Of a stretch of DNA of 64,000 bases, positions 1-23,982 are shown in pieces (within the stretch, counting starts at the first letter, position 1; the number at the start of each line of letters is the position of its first letter). Origin of the DNA: Diadema antillarum. Its lineage: Eukaryota. A program made the position numbers and the translations under genes. The stretch spans positions 372,001 to 436,000 of the forward strand of contig NW_027272164.1 of assembly GCF_040938485.1 (NCBI RefSeq), in the 5' to 3' direction. The notes beneath the pieces were generated by a model that was not told the origin of the DNA, made no database searches, and saw only the letters and a program-made list of their open reading frames with translations.

Positions 1-129
1 CGAGCACGGTTGTAACGACATATTCGTTTCAACGAAGTAAAAATTTGGGTCAAAAGAATATTATCTATAGGCCTATACATTTATGTACTTTACTTGTTAG
101 GCTATAACAATGACAAAAATGATGATGAT

Positions 130-130
130 G

Positions 131-209
<79 letters not shown>
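130..209. repeat. (AAT)n microsatellite
   Basis: About 26 near-perfect AAT units. Confidence 0.97.
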
Positions 210-210
<1 letters not shown>

Positions 211-710
211 GCAGCTGGTCCCGAGGTCTGCGTTAAAATGGGAGTGTATACTCTGTGCGAATCTTGTTATAAATTATAGTGAGCCGGTGCACCTGCTTAT
301 TGCACGATGCGTACCTTGCATAAGTTATTCTTAAAATGCTTATTTCAGCTGACTTAATTTATTTCTGATTACGTCACCTAAAAAGAATTCCTGACTCAAG
401 ACCTAATTCACATTAACAGTGATCATCATGGACACAGAACCAGAAGTGGATGTTAGGGGGTCTGTTAAGATGAATCTTATAACTTTCTTTGCAGTGTTTA
501 TCTGAATAGGTAGCCTACAAGTAGCACACAAATATACACACACGCACGCCCACAAATAGACGCACACAGCATGTAATGATTATGAACATGTCTTATTATA
601 TCAGAAGAACATGACAATTTTCACGTGAAATCGTTCATGCTTTTTAACTGGTGAGAGATGAAAGCATATCATAACTATATTTCTATCTAATGTCAGAATG
701 TAATGTTTGT

Positions 711-715
<5 letters not shown>

Positions 716-748
<33 letters not shown>

Positions 749-752
749 ACAC
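716..752. repeat. (CA)n microsatellite
   Basis: Direct inspection. Confidence 0.9.
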
Positions 753-1802
753 ATGCATGCATACATACAGTGCATGCAGTGTATGGTATAGTATGCCATT
801 TTAACGTTGAAAGTCATAAGCCTTTAATGTAAAGGTATATCGTCATTTGATTGAGAATAGAGACAGGTGACGATTTATTTTGTAATGAGTGTAGACGCCA
901 AGTCCTTGATTGAAACAAAGCAACAAAAAGTACCATTACCCTGCGAAAAGCATAGAATATAAACGAATAGACCTCCGGCTGATTCCAATATACCGTAATC
1001 TGGCCAGCTGCCCTTGCTTGAAGATGTATTAGGCTTGCAATATCTATGGATACTTTTTTTTTTTTTCGCTGTGATTAACACGATATACAGACAGACAGAC
1101 AGACAGACACAGATACCAACACCAAGAGAAGCGGAATGCGTGGTCTTTTGTTTGTTTGTTTGTTTTTTCGGGGGGGGGGGCGGCCTGCGGGACGATGTCA
1201 TTAGTAATATTTTAATCAGATCAGTAAAGAGACAAATTAGTTTTTCATTTTCAAGTGGAGAATCAATTTTGACACTTAAAGTCGTTTTGTACTCTCTTTT
1301 AGGATAAAGTCTGAGAGTACATTATTGTAGTATGTAATTTTCAAATCATAATTCCGCAGTTGTTTTATTTCATTTTGTTCAATAGAAAATAATTGCCTCC
1401 GCAACTTATCGATATAAATTGAAAATGAATCGTTTCCTCTGCTCATGGTGAGCACATCCATGTGACTACACGCAACTTGGGGTGTATCATCCCTTCAGCA
1501 GATGGTAATAAACTTGACGTATAAAATGTACGAAACATGAAGCGCGCATGTGTATCATTTGAGAACTGTCTATTTAAGGTTCTTGGAATCTGTGTGTGAG
1601 GCGATTTCTGCTTTTTTTTCCCCTATAATGTTTTCAGGGTGTGCACTGAAGAAAAAAAAAATCCACTTCCAACATTGGATGTACGAGGAAGAATTCGTGG
1701 AATTCGCAAAGGAGAGCACGATGAAGTGCCGACGGAAGCAAAAGGGGTGGGACGTGGGGAAGGAAAGGGGGAGCTGCGCCCCTATGTCTGACACAGTTTT
1801 AG

Positions 1803-2180
1803 GTCGTTATTCCGAAGGTTGTTATTTCGGAGGTTCGTTATCAAATCCGAAAACGGAATTAGGTTCGTATTTCGTTTTCAGGCACCTTCTTTTCACTCTC
1901 GGTTTTGTCCGTAATAAACCGTTGATAACGAACCTATTTCATTTCTTAATTGACGAACCTTCAGAATAACTAACGTTATTTCGTTTTCGGATCAATGAAC
2001 CTTCGGAATAACGAACCTTTCGAATAACGCCACAAATGTTTTGATTAATGAGTCCCTTGTATAATGTTCTGATTAACGAACCTCTTTACATGGAGTAGGG
2101 AATTTGTGTCTTTCAAAATAACGATCCTTCAGAATAACGAACCTCATTTCACTTCCGGGTTAACGAACCTTCGGAATAAC
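1803..2180. mobile_element. MITE/foldback-like repeat built from AACCTTCGGAATAAC subrepeats
   Basis: GTTATTCCGAAGGTT at 1806-1820 is the reverse complement of AACCTTCGGAATAAC at 1998-2012 and 2166-2180. Several degenerate copies lie between. Confidence 0.6.
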
Positions 2181-2781
2181 AAACATCACTTGTCTGATAA
2201 ATATGTGCTTGAATGATGCCGTTGGTAACAGTTAGTCCAGATCTGAACTCGGTAAAATCGCTGTTTGAGTTCTGGATACACAGCGGACCACTAATTTGCT
2301 ATTAAACACGTTCATCAGTAACCGATTAGTCTCAGATCTTTTCTCCATTTTCACTAGTGTACAGAAAATGAAGAGAAATAGTATACCCAGTGTCATTTTT
2401 TTTTATAGTCTTGTGTTCTCTTTGACTGTCTATCTTTGTCCTGTTATGTTCTGCTTCCGGTTCACATACATTTCGATATTATTCGCAGCGGGTAACTAAT
2501 TTTCTGTTAATCATTTAACAGTGACCGATTGATTGCATTATCAGATCTTATCTCTGTTTTTATTCTTGTATACAAACAGGGAGGTGAGAGGTCTCACCTC
2601 CCTGATACAAACAAGGAAGCCATGTAGAAAACCTGGTGTCACATATCTCTGTGCATTCTTTGATTGCCTGCTTTAATTTGTTCTGTTGTGTTCCGCTAAG
2701 GGCGCGGATTGATTCCCGTATCATCAAATCTGCTGGCAATAAGAAAAGGCGTGGTGCTTTCTTGTCGTCATGACGCTTTAA

Positions 2782-3262
2782 GGAGAACTCTGGATGATTT
2801 TCATATTTTTACATTTAAACAACGACATGAATTGGTTATATACTGGGTACAGAGTTGTAAATTTTATAATAATTTGGACGAGGATTAAGAATGTTTTGTA
2901 AAATTCATAACAAATCACAATGAACAATAATGATGGCATAGTAGCCTCATGTTACAAATACGTGAGCGGAGGTCAAGGAAGCAGAACATAAGAAGAAAGC
3001 ATGCATAGATTCTACACAGGCGAACTTGTTTAATGAAATTACTTTATTTCTCAGGAATTCGTGAGGCTCCTATGTCAAAAACCTTGTTCAGAGCAATTTG
3101 TGTTTTTTTTTGTTTTTTTGGTTTCATTTTGTTTTGTCTTGTTTTGTATTTGTTCTTTGATCAAGGACAACGATAAATTTCACAAATCTATACATGTCCC
3201 TGTCGGCTTATGTACTACATAATATATGATGTGAAATTATGAAAATCGTCTGGAGTTCCCCT
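2782..3262. mobile_element. TTAA-flanked MITE (Kolobok/piggyBac-like non-autonomous element)
   Basis: TTAA at 2778-2781 and 3263-3266. TIRs: GGAGAACTCTGGATGATTTTCATA versus reverse complement AGGGGAACTCCAGACGATTTTCATA. Confidence 0.75.
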
Positions 3263-3499
3263 TTAAAGAAAAGATGATTTTCTATCTCCTTGTGTCTCTC
3301 TCTACCAATCTATCCATGAATGGATTCTTTTATTCCTCTCTCTCTCCCTCTCTCTCCCTCTTCATATCTTCCATGATCACTTGACGACAGGAACATTCAT
3401 ATCAACAGACATCCATGTCGACTTTTCTATTGATTGGATGGTGATCAATAAACGCATCAATCTATGACATTGGCAATGAATGACAAGAATTGACCTCAA

Positions 3500-3794
3500 A
3501 ATAGCTCTGTTCACCTGGCAACCTCCCTGTGAGGCAGGAGCACAGACAATGGATCGAATCCGGCGCAAACACGAAAGCTCGCGCCGCCATTGGTTGCCTT
3601 CCCTGGATACGCCCCATGTCGGTCGTCTGTTTTTATTGACAACGGGGGCTGCCGCTGGCAGGGAAGGCACTGCCGTCGAGCCAGGTGATATACCAGCGAG
3701 TCGAGAGCTGGATGCGCCACTTACCACGGATTGCTTACAGCTCATCGCACGTTGCGAGCAGTTTTGTGAACCACCCTTGCCTTAACTAGCCAAA
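3500..3794 (+). promoter_or_regulatory. Promoter/5'UTR of gene 1 with X-box-like site and CCAAT box
   Basis: CpG-rich block directly upstream of the ATG exon. GTTCACCTGGCAAC at 3509-3522 fits RFX GTNRCC-n-RGYAAC. Reverse CCAAT (ATTGG) near 3589, followed by GTTGCC...GGATAC. Confidence 0.6.
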
Positions 3795-7350
<3,556 letters not shown>

Positions 7351-7496
7351 ACCAACTCAAATGTCGTGATTATGGTCTCGTAACCAGACAACTCGCTAGA
7401 ATCTCCTTTGCTGTCCTAAGTCAGTCGTAACACGTCATTGTAGTGAGAACTTGCAATCAAAAGATTCTCACATCTTTCAAAAGAACACCTCATCGC

Positions 7497-7502
7497 AATA
7501 AA
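7497..7502 (+). terminator. Candidate polyadenylation signal, gene 1
   Basis: AATAAA about 150 nt after the stop; a second copy at 7652. Confidence 0.45.
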
Positions 7503-8924
7503 GCAAGTATCTATAGAGATATCCTCAAGTGCAACTTCATGAGATGAGTCATAAAGCCTATTTGCCTTCTCTGTCTCTAATATAATGGTAAAACAATAGT
7601 CATAATTTGATCTTAGTGACAATAATTTCTTACATCTAAGTAGCAAATATCAATAAAATTCCACGTTTAAGACATGGACGTTGTCTCCAGCGTTATCGTT
7701 CGACGAAGTTGCTATCTACCGTCAAGCGCTGTAAGGATGCAGATGCAATTGTTTCATCAAGGCTCATCACGTTCATTATACACAAAATGTAGTATGCCTT
7801 CTTTTATCGAGACTACCTGAAATACATACACAGTACCTTGCTTGCACACCTTTCATGATGTCGTTTTGTCATTGCATCTTTTACCACTTTCCAAAGCTAT
7901 CTCTATAAATAGTCATTGTAGCTAGAGTGTGCCTCTTGTTCAAGAGTCTTCATTATCCGCTGGTTGGTGGAGTGCGCTGTGCTAGTGAAGATTGGAAAAG
8001 GTGTGGTAAATCATGCCTCTTTTCAACGCAACTGCGTGGTGAGCCGTGGAGGGAATCTATTGTGTGCATGATGACTACGTGTACACCAGAGGAGTGGCGA
8101 AACTATCATAAGACAAGACCGATTGTGAGTGATGACGTACCCGTGGACACAAGCCTTCAAGAAAATGTCCTTAACAGAAAAAAAAAAAGTGAGATTGACA
8201 GGACACAAACGAGTGAGAGAATTGAGAGAATTGTGTTGAGATGAACGTACACGCAGGCCGAATGAATGACTGGATAAATGGGTAAATTGGTCAACACGTG
8301 TAGTGGTGACGAATGTGCATGTTGGCCTGTTTGATACAAACAGAACAATAAATGAATTGAAATGGCATGTAAGCGGTATGGTTTTAAGACTATGATTCCG
8401 CAATCATTATACATTAGTGCAACGGGACTTTCTTCTGATGCAAAAGTCAGTACAATGTATAAGGAAACAAATTTTGCATTGTGATATTGTGACAACAAGA
8501 CAGATTTTCGTCAGGTAGAGTTCAACACGCCTCATCGACCAGCAACTATGTACCAGACTAATTAAATCACTCCCATACCACAGAAAACTCCGAGTCTCAG
8601 TGTATATGAATATTAGCTGGATGATGCCAGTTATGATATTGATTAGTTTTAAAACCGATAGTTTTTCTTTTTGTGTTTCAAATCTTTTTTTTTTCTGAGT
8701 CTGAGTATTAGCTATCTGAAGAATCTTCGTCAGAGGCAATTTTTTTTCTACCGTTTTTTTTTTAAAGAATTTTATTTTTCGTATTCCACATACACAACAA
8801 TATACGGAGAAGCATGAAAGATGAGTCTTCAATTCTCTCGCCTTCTTTCTCTCCCTCTCTTATTCTTCCCACCATTTCTTTCTCTTGTTGTCCATCTGTC
8901 TGCGCATTACACTATGTCCACGTA

Positions 8925-9329
8925 CAGTCAAACCTGTCTATAGCGGCAACCCAAGGGAAACGGAAAAAATGACCGTTATAGACAGGTGGCCGCTATAGAC
9001 AGGTAATCCAACTTTGTTTGCATTGCCTATATGTACGTGTATCATCGTTGTATACATCTGAAAGTAATTACATGTACATGTATGCGTATGCCCCGCGTGT
9101 TTCATGCATTGGACAATGTAACCTATGTTGGTCTTTATCACCGGTTGCTCAGTAGCACGGACACCCATGTGTACAGTCTCCATCGGGTCTGTGGCCGCTG
9201 TAGACAGGTCAAAATCTACCGCGTTAGACAGGTGGCCGCTACACACAGGGTCTTTAACAGGGCTTTTCTCTCGGGGGGATTTTTTCAGTGGCCGCTACAG
9301 ACAGGTGGCCGCTAAGGCAGGTTTGAAGG
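8925..9329. mobile_element. TA-flanked Tc1/mariner (pogo/Tigger-like) MITE
   Basis: TA|CAGTCAAACCTGTCTATAGCGGC ... GCCGCTAAGGCAGGTTTGAAGG|TA, with internal repeats of AGACAGGTGGCCGCTA. Confidence 0.7.
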
Positions 9330-10810
9330 TATATACCTATCTCTCTGACTAACCACCGAGCGATAGCATGCAGTTGGTTTCTAGCTCCCTCATGCTTGAG
9401 TCGCTCATTACGTGATGTCAACACTCGCGGAAAGAAATTACTAAATTTCTTGACAAGGTTTTAAAGAATGCACACGGAAATCTCATTAAAAAGAATAAAA
9501 AAACTGATAATAAGCATTGTCGTATCAAACCATGTCGGATCACAGTGAATCATATCAAACCTTGTCATGACATCGCATGATTTCATACCATAGCAAATCT
9601 ACCCACAAATGTATGTCACACATAACTATTCATTATCTGATGTACTTCCCTGCGATGAAGGGAGCAGCTGGTTGTCATGACTACGAAGCCCTGCCGCTCA
9701 GACTATCTAACCCGTCACGTTTCGCTCTCAGACGTCACGTGACCAGCGACGATGACTCATAGCTCCGACACGACGTCGTCTGATATGGGCGCTGCCCTCA
9801 CTCTCTGTGTACTAGTATGTCGTCGAGTGCGCCCCTTCGTCGCTTGCTTTATCGTTTGTTATGCCTTTAAGCCAACAGCAGTGTGAAATTCACAAGACAC
9901 GGACTGCTCTGCGGTCGTACATGGCATTGATGTGTGCATGGCAAATATGAATATTTTAGCCTTGCTACCAGGCTGTCATGAATGTTACTCCGTACATATT
10001 ACTTCCTATGGCCATACACATGCAGTAAGTGATGTATAGCCTGGTTCGTGTTTAATCTGTAAAGACTAGGGAATTGTTCCTAAACCTTTTTTATGGAAAA
10101 AAAAAATGTAATGGGAAATGATGCATCAGTACAATTCGCAGTACAAATGGGTCCGTAATGTTGGGATATGATTAGTAGGTTAGTATAAGAAATAATTAGT
10201 AGGATTATTTATTTAAAGCATATTTTGCTGCAATTGTTTGTTGTGGTAGAAGACGTGTCACATATTTGACCTCGAGCTTATCACCTCAATCAACGTTGTC
10301 TTCTGTAGCAGGTAAACTTTGACATACACAGACACATGACAATGATAAGACGTGCATGGGTAAGAAATTAGATCCGTGGTCTTTAGACCTGACGTTTTTA
10401 ACAAATTAATGTATAGTTCATGAACCAGCCGCGACAGACTTGTTTTTATACTGAGAGTCAATGTGCCTGGAATATCCATCGACTTCATTATCACAGTAAT
10501 TTGCGACATAAGGAGCGCGCCGGCTTTGACTCTGATCGCGCTTAAAGTGAAGGGTGAACTTCAACCGCGCTGTGAAATAAAACTTTGCTGATTACAAAAG
10601 AAATGGAGTGAGCATGTCGACTTCTATTCCAACTTACAAAAGCGCAGAGTTGAAGAGGCACTGATATATACGAAATCATGGGAGGTGGGTGCTGTGGTAT
10701 TATGACCATGATATCTTGGTGGGGGGGGGGGGGATCAAAAGTTTTTCCCTTTATCCTCACTATACCTCATATTTTCGCAGTCTTTCATTATAGTATAGGC
10801 CTATTTGATT

Positions 10811-11050
10811 AGGTGATCCGAGTGTCCTCTCGGATCACCTTCTGTATCTGTACGAATTATCTTGTCTTTAGTCTTCTTCTTCTTTATTTCTTTCTCCTCA
10901 AATCTTGTGCAGAGGTTAACTAAAAAAAAAAAATCCTTCAACTATCAATATCAAACTTATACCATATATGTATCATGTCCTAAGGACGACAGATCTAGTT
11001 TGAATTGATTTCTGCATTTTTTACAAAGTGAATCAAAAAAGTAAATTAAA
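10811..11050 (+). mobile_element. Hairpin-headed interspersed element (possible Helentron-associated HINE/DINE-like)
   Basis: Perfect 12-bp stem AGGTGATCCGAG/CTCGGATCACCT (10811-10840) followed by a CTT/TTC-rich tract. The family assignment is inference and the 3' end is approximate. Confidence 0.35.
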
Positions 11051-11234
11051 CGTTAGAATAATTTGTTCGAACAATTCTAAAATCGTTGATTCTTCAGTCA
11101 AACTATTACGAACAAAATGCGGGAGACCGTCATCTCTATTAAAGGTACTGTCTACCATAGGGAGTACTTATTTAATAGACGTTCGAGTTATCACATTTGA
11201 TGCATATGTGTAGGTCAGTTATATCATAAAACAA

Positions 11235-11390
11235 CCTACATACTGTATATGAATTTTGCTATAAAGTCTAAAATATATGGAGATATCACTATTTTTCTCG
11301 ATAAACCATAACTGTAGACGGTTTATTCTAGAAACAATTTTATTACAACTCATGTTCACATTTTGCATGTTTAACAATACTTAACATTGA
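11235..11390 (+). repeat. Dispersed repeat copy A (similar to 14175-14325)
   Basis: Shares GAGATATCACTA...TAAACCATAAC(T/C)G(T/C)AGACGGTTTATTCT(A/T)GAAACAATTT...GTTCACATTTTG with copy B. Confidence 0.8.
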
Positions 11391-12726
11391 TTATACTTAT
11401 AAACATGTTACATTGGTTATTTCTATCCCTAACTCACATTTGTTTTTAGAGCTATTTTCAAGCATTATACAAGCTAGATTTTTTTTTTTCATCTGCAAAT
11501 GGTAAATAATGCCTTTAAGCGGAAGCTTGATTTTGATGACGGCTTCTTCATTAATATTTCATTATTCAAGATGGCCTTTATATCACACTTCTGTTTTACT
11601 TTCAAAAAGGGTCTAGTATTAATTCATACTAGTGATAAGAGCAAGGGAGGGTGGAGGGGGGGGGGGGGGGTAACTGCCCCTGCTGCGTGCGACCTTCGTA
11701 CCATGATATTACGACGCGATTCGTGCGTGACACACGAACATTTCAACACCTATACTTCATTGGCTTGAGCGACAGCACATGCAACATACATAATGATATT
11801 CCACATCTTGTGTCCGTATGTATTACAGTGCTCACGAAAGAACACTTCTCTATATGTTATAAGGCATTCTAGTCCATGCGTGTCTGCATACATCCTATAT
11901 ACAAGTTTACGACTTGCCGGTTGTTAATTTTTGTTACCCATCAGTGTATCCGTCCTTTGTTCTTGAAGGGAAAGTCGACACTCCGTTTTCAAGTTGATTG
12001 TCAATGTGGAGACTAGAGTAAGCACAAACAAAATAGCACAAGTTTCATTACCAAAAAAAAAAAAATGATGGCAAATCTTAGGTATCAGTGTCATGTGAAA
12101 CCACACGTGACATCTGCGGAGGATGCGGTGTGGCGTTTGGCAAGCAGATGCACAACAGCAACTCATGTGAAGCACATGTTTTGGCTAAGAATCACGAAAG
12201 AATTCCAGGAGAGTTTTCATTCAAGAGAAACATCACCGCATAATTCAAGTTTAACTTGTGTAGCTACCATGAAATGTGCGCAAATTATGGAAATACCTTT
12301 GAAATTATGGTAGCTGAATTCCCCAGCGCCCCCCCCCAAGAAAAAAACAAGCCAAAAAAAAGTAATAATAATGTTGTAGGATTACGTCAGGTTCTGATTC
12401 TTAACATTGAAAAAATTACATTCTTTCCTAGTACCCGTCATTTTTTCCTTGAAAGGGGGAGGGGTGTTATAATGGTACCCTCGTGACATGTCGTGAAGTG
12501 TGTGTTACAGGTGAAACAATACAAAGAAATACACTTCTTGACTAGTAATTTCGTGAATGAATGCCGTTGTTTATCGACATGAGTATGCAGAAAAAGTTTA
12601 GCCTGTTCCCAATCTATCACGCGCATTCGAGCAGCATATACATGTATGCACTGGTCGAATACTACTGATAAGTAATATTCCTAAACAGTTTGTAGCTGTT
12701 TTTTTTTTTATTCTTTACGACCTACT

Positions 12727-12890
12727 NNNNNNNNNNNNNNNNNNNNNNNNNNNNNNNNNNNNNNNNNNNNNNNNNNNNNNNNNNNNNNNNNNNNNNNNNN
12801 NNNNNNNNNNNNNNNNNNNNNNNNNNNNNNNNNNNNNNNNNNNNNNNNNNNNNNNNNNNNNNNNNNNNNNNNNNNNNNNNNNNNNNNNNN
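12727..12890. other. Assembly gap (164 N)
   Basis: Run of N. Confidence 1.
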
Positions 12891-13403
12891 TAGTGAATGT
12901 CCATATTATGGACTTATAAGAATTAACAAGCACTGCCATCCAATTGCCAATACACGATATCATTGAATTCTGTGACATGTCCACATATTTCCCGTGTACA
13001 AACACGACGATTATCAGTACAATGTGATGCATATGTCAGGCCATCTATGCCTCATTAAATATTCCTCGTTTGGGAGGCGAATAAAGCGTGTACTGAATAA
13101 AACATGTCATTACCGCTACACGAATATCTCACCTCCATTAGTCCCATAGTACGGTCTGCTGCTATCACCGTGAGTAGAGTGAGAGAGGGGGACAGAGGGG
13201 GACTCGATTGGGCCGGATATTGACTGAAAAAAGAGAAAATACGAGAGATAATAAAAAGGGAGACAGAAAGATAGAGAAATGGAAGTCTATTCAGCAAGTA
13301 TATAGGTATTGATGTCTCCCTCACCGGCCACGTAAAACAAATCATAATTCCAAATTCAATTCAAATTCAAATTTGATTTCAAATTTAAATTCAAAGATAA
13401 CAG

Positions 13404-13404
<1 letters not shown>

Positions 13405-13434
<30 letters not shown>
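13405..13434. repeat. (ATT)n microsatellite
   Basis: Direct inspection. Confidence 0.9.
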
Positions 13435-13435
<1 letters not shown>

Positions 13436-13479
13436 CACATGGAGATGAAGTTAGCTATAGCGTGTGGACTTTTGCACAT

Positions 13480-13770
13480 ACAATTCAATTCAATTCAAAG
13501 GTCTTATTTTCACTTCTTTCAACAGAATGTACAAAAAGTACAAATTCGACATGCGTTTGAAGGAATGATACGTAGATAGCAAAAAATAACATTTGTCAGT
13601 AGTCATTACAAAATGAGGCATTTTTCATACAAACATATTTATACATTCTGCGAAAAAAAGTGGAGGTACCCACTCAAAAGACTATGCTTGTACAATGTGG
13701 GAACCTCACAGGAGAAAAAAAGATAGGTGGAAATTTAACTACAAGTGTGCGGGATGAAAAAAAAAGAAGT
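13480..13770 (-). mobile_element. Probable LINE (CR1/L2-type) 3' UTR fragment
   Basis: Stem-loop GTGGAGGTACCCAC...GTGGGAACCTCAC at 13660-13709 and an (AATTC)n tail near 13483-13498. This resembles the 3' hairpin plus simple-repeat tail of CR1/L2-group elements. Confidence 0.35.
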
Positions 13771-14174
13771 GGAAGAGGGGAAAGGGAGGAAACAGAAATA
13801 GAAGTAAAGAGACGAGACAACTAAAAACAAAAAGCCTAGATCAATCGATACATTCAAGATCAAACCAACAGAGACTATTAGCCATATTAGAAGTGTAGAG
13901 CGTTGAAAGCGACGAGAAAGTGATATATACAATTGTATGGAATATTGCTGATAGCGGAACATGTTATCTATTCTGTGAAGGCACGTGTAATGCAATGCAC
14001 ATGTAGATGGAGCCAGATATGAATATTTTAGACAGAGGAAATGGGAGAATAGATGGAGAGGGAGAGAGAGGGAAGGAGCGATGTATTCGAAGACATTAAA
14101 GCCACTGTTTACCATTGGGAGCAGTGATTAAAAGAATGTTCGATTTACCACATTTGGTGATATGCATCATAAAG

Positions 14175-14325
14175 TATCCTACCCTATAAAAAATTTGCAA
14201 TAAAGTCACAAATATTATGAGATATCACTAACTTTTTCAATAAACCATAACCGCAGACGGTTTATTCTTGAAACAATTTCGATAAAACTATTGTTCACAT
14301 TTTGTGTATTTAACAATACCTATAA
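14175..14325 (+). repeat. Dispersed repeat copy B (similar to 11235-11390)
   Basis: Same-orientation alignment by eye with copy A. Confidence 0.8.
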
Positions 14326-14719
14326 TATGGTAGGGTACATGGTAGGACAATACGGTATATCAGATAGCATGGGAACCATGGATCATCAAAAAAAAATCAA
14401 CATTAAAAGTCTCATAGATATGAGTTGACCAATGTGGCACATTTCCAACGAAACACCGTGGGTTGAAATCACTGCTTTCTCTGAGGAATAAAGACAACAG
14501 ACATTATGATGAATTTTACTCTAGATACATTAGGTTTGTTTGTTGTTGGTTTTTAAGGGTAAAGCGTTCAGTAAACTCATTCAGGATGAGCAACAATATC
14601 CGAATAAGTGACACCTGTGCGCATTTTCAGTGAGTCAGCATCGGATGAGAACGGGAATGCCAGAAACACTTTCACCATTTTGGGGACAATTGAGCAGATG
14701 AGGAGAAAAAGGACGCACA

Positions 14720-14879
14720 ACTGTTCGACTGCGCATGCCCCCCACAGGCGCTGGTGTGGCGGCGGCATAAAAAACCGCGAACGAGAGTGCGTTTTCATCA
14801 GTTGATAACCAAACGTCTGCTCAAAGCTCACTTCGCGACGCTTCGCAGCTCTAGGTATCAATCCAGTTATCTTGCCAAG
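14720..14879 (+). promoter_or_regulatory. Core promoter/5'UTR of gene 2
   Basis: TGCGCATGC (NRF1-like) at 14730-14738, CATAAAAA TATA-like at 14766-14773, and TCAGTT initiator at 14798-14803 about 33 nt downstream. GC-rich island. Confidence 0.6.
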
Positions 14880-23000
<8,121 letters not shown>

Positions 23001-23618
23001 ACGATACTTGAAACCAAGAGCTACCCGCAATACGATAATCATATTTCATTTTTATCATACCTTAGGTCATGACTCTGTAGGTGAAGATACGAAGATGAAT
23101 TCCTACCACATCAATTACAGGGTGTTCCATATGCAACGGGACAACTACAGTTTTATAGTAAATGCGTGAAACCCGTTTACTGGCTGCCAAGCAATACGAA
23201 AGATGTGAAGTGCTCTTCAGTAAGGCGTAGCGTACAACCGATCTCATGTCATGTCCTACACAGCTCGTTGTGATCATTATTGCACAAATTGCCTTTAATC
23301 TACACAACACAAATTGCGCTGAATGAAAGGTTTCATTAGAAGTCGAAACATGGCAAGATATATTTCCTCGTCTTGCTATCCTAGTTGCTCATTCCACCGT
23401 AGTTTGATGTACTGATTATAATTAATTCATGGGTTTGCAATTACTCTATACTTTCACTAGTTAATCGATCAAATTAATAATTTCGCAATCAATTTAATCC
23501 CTAGACGAACACACTAGACTATTTATTATGAGAAGTATATTGACAATTTATGGTTTATTTTGCTTTTTCTACACATCTCATGTAGCGGTAGAGAATCGAA
23601 AAAGGTGAAATGGAAAAA

Positions 23619-23624
23619 AATAAA
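23619..23624 (+). terminator. Candidate polyadenylation signal, gene 2
   Basis: First AATAAA noticed after the stop (about 620 nt); it lies in an A-rich tract. Confidence 0.3.
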
Positions 23625-23915
23625 TAATCTATAATCAAGATGAAATCTGTATCGCTCTCGTTCATTCCTCTTTACTTAGCCGGGTTAGGGAAAAAGTGCG
23701 AACTTTACAGAGAATTGAGAGACAAGTACTGTCATTGTGTCGAGTGGACAAGAGCACAGTGTAGTCACTGATGTCTACTTGTAGTGTGACTTTCATTTTC
23801 TTCCATTAGACTTTTGGATTTGGATTCGTTGTTACCGTGGAGAAAGAGAGAGGAAGAGGGGGAGGAATATATATAAGATATATATATATGATATAGAATA
23901 TCTGCATTATAGATA

Positions 23916-23917
<2 letters not shown>

Positions 23918-23956
<39 letters not shown>

Positions 23957-23982
23957 TTTATTTATTTATTTATTTATTTATA
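23918..23982. repeat. (AT)n plus (TTTA)n microsatellite
   Basis: Direct inspection. Confidence 0.9.

Noticed and set aside
94-334. Poly-Asn / poly-Ile ORFs
   Set aside because: Translations of the (AAT)n microsatellite.
12715-13032. ORFs containing X runs
   Set aside because: Artefacts of reading through the N gap.
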